Source: an uncultured virus (IMG/VR IMGVR_UViG_3300038656_000077) (lineage: Duplodnaviria > Heunggongvirae > Uroviricota > Caudoviricetes). Taken from it: a DNA stretch of 64,000 nt. Of this stretch, positions 8,401 to 16,700 are shown one piece after another. Position 1 is the stretch's first letter. The number at the start of each line of letters is the position of its first letter. The DNA lies in the IMG/VR virus record IMGVR_UViG_3300038656_000077. One strand, written 5' to 3'. The notes under the pieces are model-generated. The model made no database searches, was not told the DNA's origin, and saw only the letters and a program-made list of their open reading frames with translations. Both the position numbers and the translations under genes were made by a program.

Positions 8401-11175
8401 ATCTAAATTTTTCTCCGACTCAACTTCAGATAACTTTTCTAAAAAGTTGTTTATGTTTATTTCTTTGTCAAAAGAATCGGAGTTTTCCTCTATATATCTT
8501 TGGTCTAATTTGTGTAAGTCTATTGCAACTAAACCTTCTGTTGCTACATTATCTGTTATTTTTTTAGGGTCGGCAAAATAAAAGAAGCCATCTGCTTCAA
8601 AAGCGGAAGCCTTCGGATCTAACTTGCCGTCTTTTATAAACTCACTAGGAACATCTTCCATTAATGTAACACTAGACAAACCGTTTTTAAGGCTTCCGTC
8701 ATCTTTGAAAAAATCCTTATCGGCTTTACGAGTCTTTTTTAGAGCTTTTAAAAACTCATAATCTGCTTTTGTAAGTCTAGACCAATCTACTAAACCTTCC
8801 TCAGTAATAGCACTTTGCATTAATTGAGCTCTATCTGCTGAATATCCTGAAATAGTGTTTTTGGTTTCTTGCCCTATACCTAAATCTTCGTATTTTTTAT
8901 CTAAGTTTTTATAGTATTGTTCGTTAAAGAAAGTTTCTTGTATCTCTCTTAGTCTTTCTTTGAGTATTTTTGTGTACTCTACAGACTGATTGGCATCTAA
9001 CTTTTCTAAGTCGTTTGCTTTAGCTTTATTTATTATGTCTTCAATGGAGTCCGTACTACCTGTTACTTCTTTTCTTACCTCGGCTCTTATTTTAGCTACA
9101 GTGTCTTCTATTTCTGCTTGGTCTAATTCGTTCACCAAATATCCTTTGTCAAAGAACTGTTTTAGTTCACCAGGTTTTATACCTATTCCATCCTCTAGAT
9201 TTTTTAGAAAAGTTTTTATGCCCGCCATATACTCTTGTCTTCCTCCATTGCTTGTTCTTTCAGCTACATCTGATAGGAGGCCTAGAAGTGGGTCATTAGA
9301 GTTGTTAATCTGCCCAAAGTATCGGTGGAAAAGTGTTGTATCTTTATGTGCGGCATTTAGCCATTCTTTAACATGCTCTCTATAGGTTTCATCTAACTTA
9401 TCGTGCTTTAGAATCATTCTATCAACTAGGCTGTCTAAAACACCATCGTATATATTCTTAGAATTCTTTCTGAGCTCATCAATCTTTTCATTAATCCCTT
9501 TAAGGTCTGTGTCTACTTTCGCCCAATCTTTTCTAGGGTACAGCTCTGGATTTTTTTCTATATTGGCTCTTATGGATGTTATAAGGGGAGATAGATTGTT
9601 AGACAAAGTTTGAAATGATGCTGTTTCATTTGCTCCAAAAGTTAGATTCTCATTATTTTTAGAGTCTTTTATAACATCGTTCAAATATTTTATTTGTGTC
9701 TCAGCCACTGCCGCCACTTCTAAAGCTGCTTGCTTTTGTAATTCTATGTCTTGTTCTGCAGTAAGGCTTTTTAATTTTTCTAAATTTCTTTTAGCTCTTA
9801 AATCAGCAGATTTGTTTTTTAAATCTAGTTTTCTTATACTGCTTCGTAGAACCTCTAAACTTTTCTCGACTTCTACTTTGAGACCTTTTATATTATTGCT
9901 TTCTTTTCCTGCAGAATATAAAACAAATTTATTATTACTAAAATTGTCGGTGTTTAAATAATTGGCTAATTGATTTTCATATAGTAAAGTATTTACCTTC
10001 TCTGTAAAATTATCTAAATCGGTTCTTACTTTAGCTGTGGTATTTATGCCTATGAACTCTAGTATAGAGTCAAACAGTTGTTTAATTTTATTTATTATGG
10101 AAGTTACTGTACCTGTTGTATTTTCTGTTGAGAAATTGTTTTTGAATGAGTTGGCTAGAACCTTACCTAGTACCTCTCTTCTTATTATTTGCTCTAACTC
10201 TGCTCCTTCATATTCTCTACCATATATTTTTCTGTATACTTCTGAGAACTCCTGGTATTCCTTTGTCTTGTTTATATTTCTCAAAAGATTTTCTATTTCA
10301 GACTGTTCCCACCCCTCAACTATAAAGTGAGCCGTCTCTTCTGTCAAATCTTCTGTTGTTATATTTCCGTCTTTAAATGCTACAACTTTGTTAGCTATAT
10401 CTGCAAGTGCTGTGGCTGAGGGTTCTACACCATTTTTGATCTGATACTTTTCAACGTAATCAGAAATAGATGTTGCGTTAACACCCATAGAGTTTAAAAG
10501 GTCTAAAAGCCTTAACTTTAAGTCGTTTTCATTCAACTTAGTTTCTTGTTCAGGTTCTATAGACTTGGTATGAAGTACTTCTTTTAACTCGTCATTTAGT
10601 ATGGAATTGACTTCCGAACTTTTGTCTGTTTTAAGGTACTCTCCAAAAAGAAAACCGTTGTCAGATTTCTTTACGTTTTTCCACCCTAAATTTACAATAG
10701 CCTTAGATCTCAGTATCTCTTCATTTACTCCTACACCTATAACTGTCTCTCCTGCAGGTTGAAAATAACTTTGACCATCATAAGTCTCTTTATTTTCAGA
10801 AATGTAGCCTTCTTTGATGCCTTGATTGATAAAGCCTTTAACTGTCTTTTTATCAAAAGAAGGTTTAACCGTTTTAAACGGGATGAAATTTCCAGAGTTG
10901 TCTAAAAAACCTACCTCTACTTGTGAGGGGTTTCCTTTTAAAGCATCTTTATAGGAACCAAATATTTCTCCCCCCACACGGTTTGCCACCATGTAGTTTT
11001 CCTCTTTTTGATACATTTCTTCACTCTCTGTATTTTTATAGATTTCTAGTGAGTCCTCTAAACTATCTACAGTGGGGTGTGAAGATATTTTACGAAAAAG
11101 AGATGATTCTTTGCCATCTCTGTTTTCTACTTTTTGTATCTTGTTGTCTTGGTTATAACTTACTCTACAGGCCAT
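5494..11175 (-). CDS. Giant virion cargo/ejection protein (1893 aa)
   Basis: Last of five giant ORFs after the tail genes; degenerate metallopeptidase-like motif LTEETAHF; hydrophobic segments near the C-terminus. Confidence 0.7.
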   Translation of the reverse strand: MACRVSYNQDNKIQKVENRDGKESSLFRKISSHPTVDSLEDSLEIYKNTESEEMYQKEENYMVANRVGGEIFGSYKDALKGNPSQVEVGFLDNSGNFIPFKTVKPSFDKKTVKGFINQGIKEGYISENKETYDGQSYFQPAGETVIGVGVNEEILRSKAIVNLGWKNVKKSDNGFLFGEYLKTDKSSEVNSILNDELKEVLHTKSIEPEQETKLNENDLKLRLLDLLNSMGVNATSISDYVEKYQIKNGVEPSATALADIANKVVAFKDGNITTEDLTEETAHFIVEGWEQSEIENLLRNINKTKEYQEFSEVYRKIYGREYEGAELEQIIRREVLGKVLANSFKNNFSTENTTGTVTSIINKIKQLFDSILEFIGINTTAKVRTDLDNFTEKVNTLLYENQLANYLNTDNFSNNKFVLYSAGKESNNIKGLKVEVEKSLEVLRSSIRKLDLKNKSADLRAKRNLEKLKSLTAEQDIELQKQAALEVAAVAETQIKYLNDVIKDSKNNENLTFGANETASFQTLSNNLSPLITSIRANIEKNPELYPRKDWAKVDTDLKGINEKIDELRKNSKNIYDGVLDSLVDRMILKHDKLDETYREHVKEWLNAAHKDTTLFHRYFGQINNSNDPLLGLLSDVAERTSNGGRQEYMAGIKTFLKNLEDGIGIKPGELKQFFDKGYLVNELDQAEIEDTVAKIRAEVRKEVTGSTDSIEDIINKAKANDLEKLDANQSVEYTKILKERLREIQETFFNEQYYKNLDKKYEDLGIGQETKNTISGYSADRAQLMQSAITEEGLVDWSRLTKADYEFLKALKKTRKADKDFFKDDGSLKNGLSSVTLMEDVPSEFIKDGKLDPKASAFEADGFFYFADPKKITDNVATEGLVAIDLHKLDQRYIEENSDSFDKEININNFLEKLSEVESEKNLDAALRFFETNASLMLSKDFWNEMGTDEAFIDRIENAIESEGNPQTLVSELTALKQNIARRRALLARHKDPNRPFEIEKVGKPIRDIIVDLDSKISDGYSRLSKTIEGEETSEELEKNFEIGANRAYQAEVNDNEFTLQEEIRFIQENSSNKANDRVSNFRYNLNSESKGYAGSLTQRQREFIEEGGYDITTEEGVNTSIRDFAKSQIGSHYKRLAPKNINEDLQRSQGETVTQYVTRLSQNPNLQVTPNYSFLEDVDNTYKNPDFNPNYEGGLQVKKGDIKRTVPKFNDKGIKIGEKKEDINFESEKFKNEIKGNTVKEQTLEAILTLQRETLKNYGLEGKHNLYKLPQITRKGIDRAKDVVERVGRGGIQQGVKELFSYRVDDIEYGETVGESEVSVIPTYYTRDIKNKEELTDELFFSYASMYQQSVLHKHRKNNIGDALAIKEAIESRQDAGVGSSTKNTVAMLNNFFDYAFYGKNETQEFKVNIMGQKVDLTKFARNFLNFIKFRNLGFSTIVGATSYFTSEINFQIEKYVGEIINKEATRLGTKEWARLAKDSVTEVGKLRSKSKLNILGEFFNIFKSEERFDSSNYGYLARNFSRLPMSVHAMGNFPITPRAMMGVLHDFRVTEEGVIKKYSGFQRDEANKGVSQSEIDSKWKALEDKVIYNYLDVSEEGVKFTEGLKQELREDFQTDEYLQTQMEGVTTSIKRAASQLDTQITSEQRVAAQRHFAMNYLMTHRGWLSVALSNRTKNSHYNLATGEFEEGSYRTVYNMFSEAITESFKAKNIKEFREVWNGKNLKPKKGVSVADQLLVRRRNIRRVVLDSTFLAGMSGIAYILLQAADDDESNPALQFTSYLALRVLNEQVSSQSGLPYQMYETLESPFVGLNVVKDTFNLFPQLATGSEIIKSGKYKGETERMRALKKVVPGMKTIDDMNKLKQTRDTYYFYNSSNLKWSPISAMLVSALDD

Positions 11176-11184
11176 GTGTTATTT

Positions 11185-13770
11185 TTAATTACAATCGAAA
11201 TGCTTATTGTTTATAGATTCTAATTCTGAAGATGTGTACAAATTAGAATTATTTTCAACTTCTTCTTGACTGCGAATATAAGGTTTTATTTGGTTTTGTG
11301 CAAATTTGTTAAGGATTCTAAACTCTGAAAAAGTCTTAAGAGATGCAATATTAGTTGGTATCTCTCTATAGAATGTGTGACTAGACTCTTCTTGTGTTTT
11401 TTGAAAAAGTCTATTACCTACTCTTAAAAAATCAACGCTTGTTTCATTTGTTACGATACTTGACTGATCTATATTTTGATAGTCCCCTTTAAAAGGTTTT
11501 AGAGTCATAGGACTATTTTGATAATAATTTTTAAGAGTTGAATTGGATATAAAACTAGGGGCGTTATCCACCTCTACTAATTTGTTCATAGAACTGTTTC
11601 TTGAAAGTGTGCTGTAGTCTACAAAATCTTTCTTTATGTTTTCAGGGATACCGAGCATCACAGTTTCTACGTTTATACTATTTTCTTCTATTAATTTTAT
11701 TCCTGAGTTGTCTATTGTAAACCTACTGTAGAAGTTTTTGTAAGCCTCGGAGTTTTTGTTTTTCTCTTTTAGTTTATTCACTTGGAACACAGTCGGGAAC
11801 TCTGTATTTAGGTAAAATTCATCCCCACTAAAATTGTCAATAGCTTTTAGTTCTTTTTGTGTTGGATCTTGTCTTACTGTATTTACTGGTGCATCAAAGT
11901 AATATTTAAACAATAACATTTGTTCTGCTGCGTCAAAATCATAGACTGCTGTACCTAAGTCTAAACTTGATACTTCAGAATTTATGAAAGTTTTTATATT
12001 GTTTATTACCTCTTCTTTGTTTGCTATGTTCTTCAGATTTTGATTATCTATTGTATTACTGTTAAAGTACGCTACTGTAGGTAATAATCTATTGTCATTA
12101 TTAACCGCCTGTTCGTAAACCATCTCGTATAGGTTATCAACAGAAACTTTCTCTACTTTTTGATATATGCCATCCTCTAGTTTAATTAAACTTTCTCTAT
12201 TAAAAGCTTCATATTCTCCTAGAGCATAATCGTCCACTTTCACTAAAGCCTTATTTCTATGTTGTAAAGGCATTTCTTTTATAAACTCTTCGTTTGTTAC
12301 CTCTATATTATAAAACTCTTTGTAGTTGTCTAGAAATAGGTTTAGGCTTTCTATTGAAGTGTTTCTTTTGAGTATAAGTAAAGACTCTAAAAGTGTTGTT
12401 ATTTCTTGCTTAGATTTTAAAACATAAGTATCTGATAGATTCTCTAAATCTAAACCTGCCTCTAGAGCCCTGTCTTGAATTTCAGATAATGCTTCTTCTA
12501 TTTCTTCTTGTGATTCTTTCCATACTTCGTTAGAGGTTTCTAAGAGCATAGATATTTCTGAAGTTTTTAATTTGGATATATCCATAGAGTTTTCAACTTC
12601 TGTTAGCTTATTTTCTATATTGATATTTTCTAAAGTATTGTCCAAAACTTCGATTCTGCTCATCTGAGAGAACTTAGCAAACATTTCATAAGCAAAAATT
12701 TCATTATTTATAAACTTCTCTACAATATCTGTATAAGGCAGTTGTATAAAAGCAGTTTCAAACTCTTCTATATTTGTAATCCCTGCGACTTGTTCTTTTA
12801 TATCCTGTTCAACATCTAATGGATTTTTTATGTTGTACATTCCGTACTTGTTTACAGTCCCATCTAAGACTACGAACTCTGGTCTAAATCCTACAGTGTC
12901 TTCTAACTCTATATCTTTTTTAGATAACTCAATTAGATTGCCTTGATATACTGAGTTGTTTTTTATTTGTGTTTTTTCTGCGGAGTTTAATACAGAAGAC
13001 ATATCTAACTCTTTGAAGTCCACATTTCCACCTTTTACTATTTTAGACAGTTCTGCTTTTAAATCAGATGCTGTTATACTTTTAGCCCTTAATATATTTT
13101 TAACCTCTATGATTTCTTGATTGGTCATAGGTTCTGCTTCAACCTCCTCTTCATTTTGTTTTAAGAAATCTAGTACGTGTTCTAATTTAGCTTCTCCATT
13201 TTTATCTAAAAAATTATAACCTGCATTATTTGTATTTGCATTTATAATGCCATCTGATACATTTCTTTTAGCTTTTCTGGTCATTTCGAAACCTGTATCT
13301 TCTAAGCGGAAGCCAAAAGATTCATAGAAATTTATAAGACCCTCAAACGAAGTCTGTTTGTCTCTAGGAGACACCGTTAAGAATACATCTTTGCCTTGTG
13401 AATCTGCGTATTCTAAAAACTCACGCATTGCTCTTTTAGCGTTACCTTTTCCTCTTTCTGTTGATTCTATGAGGTCTAATTCTATTTCTCCTGTGGATTC
13501 TTCTGTTATAGGATTTACCCTTTCTTTGTAGAATACCTTTGCACCACTTACTTCTATTGGAGAAGAAAAGTCTTTTGAAACTTCGCTATTACCGTATCTT
13601 TCTTTAAACTCGTCAATGTAAGACACAGCCCATAAGTCTAAAGCCTCTTCTTTATTTTGAGTATACACTTGTGCTTCGCGAAACAAAATGCTTTGATCCC
13701 CGTTTGGTGCTTCTACAGCTTCAATCTCATTGTTCTTTGGATTTCTTATAACTCTACAACTTATACCCAT
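11185..13770 (-). CDS. Large virion cargo protein with a GNAT-like domain (861 aa)
   Basis: ERGKGNAKRAM...LINFYESFGF acetyl-CoA-binding pattern; N-terminus similar to that of the 1893-aa protein. Confidence 0.7.
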   Translation of the reverse strand: MGISCRVIRNPKNNEIEAVEAPNGDQSILFREAQVYTQNKEEALDLWAVSYIDEFKERYGNSEVSKDFSSPIEVSGAKVFYKERVNPITEESTGEIELDLIESTERGKGNAKRAMREFLEYADSQGKDVFLTVSPRDKQTSFEGLINFYESFGFRLEDTGFEMTRKAKRNVSDGIINANTNNAGYNFLDKNGEAKLEHVLDFLKQNEEEVEAEPMTNQEIIEVKNILRAKSITASDLKAELSKIVKGGNVDFKELDMSSVLNSAEKTQIKNNSVYQGNLIELSKKDIELEDTVGFRPEFVVLDGTVNKYGMYNIKNPLDVEQDIKEQVAGITNIEEFETAFIQLPYTDIVEKFINNEIFAYEMFAKFSQMSRIEVLDNTLENINIENKLTEVENSMDISKLKTSEISMLLETSNEVWKESQEEIEEALSEIQDRALEAGLDLENLSDTYVLKSKQEITTLLESLLILKRNTSIESLNLFLDNYKEFYNIEVTNEEFIKEMPLQHRNKALVKVDDYALGEYEAFNRESLIKLEDGIYQKVEKVSVDNLYEMVYEQAVNNDNRLLPTVAYFNSNTIDNQNLKNIANKEEVINNIKTFINSEVSSLDLGTAVYDFDAAEQMLLFKYYFDAPVNTVRQDPTQKELKAIDNFSGDEFYLNTEFPTVFQVNKLKEKNKNSEAYKNFYSRFTIDNSGIKLIEENSINVETVMLGIPENIKKDFVDYSTLSRNSSMNKLVEVDNAPSFISNSTLKNYYQNSPMTLKPFKGDYQNIDQSSIVTNETSVDFLRVGNRLFQKTQEESSHTFYREIPTNIASLKTFSEFRILNKFAQNQIKPYIRSQEEVENNSNLYTSSELESINNKHFDCN

Positions 13771-13771
13771 C

Positions 13772-16700
13772 TTAACATTCTTGGTTTTTCTTATTGTTTA
13801 CTTTATCTTTTATGCTTTTACTGAGTTTACGTCTTTCTTTATTTAAACCTTCATATTTTTTCAAGTCTCTTTTCAGGTTATCAAAAAACTCTTTGCCGTG
13901 TACATCTATTATTGTTTTAGGCACTGCTTTACTTATTGCTTTAGACAATTTTCTTAAATTACCTGCTTTATTAGCAAAAGTGGAAGCGTCTTTTTCATAA
14001 ACATCGTTATCTATTACATCTGTAAATGTGGTGTCCTCTATAACAGTTCCATCTTTTCTTATATACTCTGACTGCTTTGTTAATATCTCTGAGATATATC
14101 CTTGAATTTTGTCTAATAACTGTAAAGAACTTTCTTCAATAGACTCCCTAAAATCTGAGGGTTGTGTTACTTCCGCAGACTTTATATCTAAAACAATCTT
14201 GGGTGAATTAAAAGGCGAATTTGTAATATCAATAGGTAAACTAGCTTGCAGAGATAGGTTGTTTAAATTGAAAGTTTTCTCTGCCCACTGTTCTATCTTT
14301 GGTAAGACTTTAACTTGTTGCAACTCTTTTTCAACCTCTTCTAGTTTTGTTACATTGGTTAACGAATTTTCATTTAGTTCAAATTTACCTGGCTCTATGT
14401 TGTTCTGCAATAATAAGGAATTTAATTGATTTACCTTCTGACCTTTTGTTAAATTATCGTTAGAAAGTATTTCATACATATTGTTTGATAAGTCAACCGA
14501 ACTAGGTTTTACGTTAACTACAAACGCAATGAGCTCCCCATTGTTTTCAAAAACAATTACAGGAGTTCTCTTATTAGTGTTAGGTAAATATGTTTTTATA
14601 ACACTCTCTGTATTCACTTTGCCTCCTATAACCAACTTACCTCTCTCAACATAACCTGCATCTTTTATTTTCTTAAGTTCTTTAGGTGAAATGTCTTTAT
14701 TATTTATAGAAAGACCATCTGCTGTTTTTGACAAGCTAAACACAGGAGAACCTCTATATTTAAAGTTTACAGGTATCGTTGTTTCTAAGTCAATGAGATT
14801 GTTATTTTCAGATTCTATTAGTTTTTTGGCTGCTGCTTTTCTTATCTCTGTAAACTTTATTGAAGTATCTGTTGTTCCGTTATTCTCTATACCTGCTCTT
14901 AAAAACCCTACAAACTTATTGGAAAAAGTTAAACTTACACCAATATTTGCTTCTAAGTTTTGTAAAGCTTTATCAATGTTTACTTGCTTTTTAGATTTTA
15001 CTGCTTTGTTGTACTCATCTAACAGCTTTTTGTTGTACTCGTTTTTAGGGTCCACCTTTAATAAAACCTTATCTAGATTTACTAGTTCTTGAGGAGTCAT
15101 TGCCTCCAACGCACTGTCTACTGTGAAATCTGATTTAGCTGGCAATATTGTACCGTCTTCCAACACCTCATAACCCATAACATACGAATTGGCCATAGCC
15201 TGTGGGTCTATATTTTTACTGTAAAGAAACTGTAGTTTTATATCTTCTCTTATACTTTCCCAAGTCTCTTTAGAGAAATCCAATGTAGCTCTTTTACCTA
15301 TAGTTACCTCCACTACATCATTTTCTGTAGTTATAAATATTCTGTTTCCTTCGTCTTTTTGATAGTTGTTTAATTCTGAAGGAGTGATGTCTATTTTCTT
15401 TTTGCTCCCTTGTTTTTGTACTTGAAGTTTTGTTGGTGTTTGTGATAAATATTTCGCTATAAAATTATCCAGGTTTACATGACTCAAAGAGATAGAGCCA
15501 CTCTTACCGACTTTAATGTAAACACCGTTCAAAGTCTGTATAGTCCTTATGTCATTTCTAGATACGGATGAATTTTTTTCAGATACATTCTCTAATTCAA
15601 TTATATCTTTTATTGTCTGCTCTTCTTTTATAGGTCTTTCTAAAACTGTTTCTAGCTGTGTTGCTCTTGTGATAAGATCTGCAAGTGATGCATTAACTCC
15701 TGATACCATCGTGCCTTCCATAACTTGCCAATTACTTAGCTTGTTATTTAGTTCTTTTAGCCTGGTGAACTCTTGTTCACTTATAGGCATAGAAGGTTGG
15801 TATTCTCCTGCAATTGCATAGTTGTTTGATAAAAAACCTGTACCTTGTAATTTTTTACTTATAGCTTTGAAATCTTCTATGTCTTGTTCTGTAGGTGTGT
15901 TTTCTTTTGCTTGTCCTAAATCCTCTCCTACGTAATTAGATATAAGATTGTTCTCTTGAGTTGTTTGTTGTATTAGATCATTAAGTCTATCTATTTCTGT
16001 TTTATTTTCTTGCTTCTTGTTCAGTATAGACTCTTTGAGATTATCATATTTATTATTTATTTCGTTTCTTCTTTTTTCTAAAAATGAATCTTTTTGCGCC
16101 TGACTTAATAAAAAGTCTTGACTATTTATATTTTTTAGTATATTTTTTAACTCTGCCCTTTTTTTACCCTCTAAAGCTATAAGGGCTTCAGATAGTACGG
16201 GGTAATTTTTAAACATTTGCAAGTCTTGAACTGTCCCTTGAACATTCGGGTCCAAGAATCTTTCAACCGCTTCCGAAAGTTTAGCATAGTCTCCTTCTTC
16301 AAATTCTGATTCGTAGGTTACATTATTAAGTTCAGACTCTGTCGAAGTTGTTGTGGTATTACCCAAAGAGTCCATCAAGTCTTTTGTGTCTGTAGCTAAA
16401 GACATACCCACATTCGCAAAAAACTCTCTCGTAAACTCATTAGCCTCTCTTTTGGTAATTCCCGCTATCTTTTGTTCTAATTTAGTTGCAAAGTTTGCAG
16501 GTGAGAAGTTTTCATTACTTATACCCTGTATAGTTTTATTATACTCTTTGAAAGCATAAACAGATTTCTGATACTCGTTAAAAAGTTTTTTAAGCTTAGA
16601 TGCCTTTCTAGGATTGACTTCTTCTTGGGATCTTATAACCTTATCTATATTTGATAATGTGCCTCCTACTATTTCTCCTTTCTCATTAATGTCTAATATC

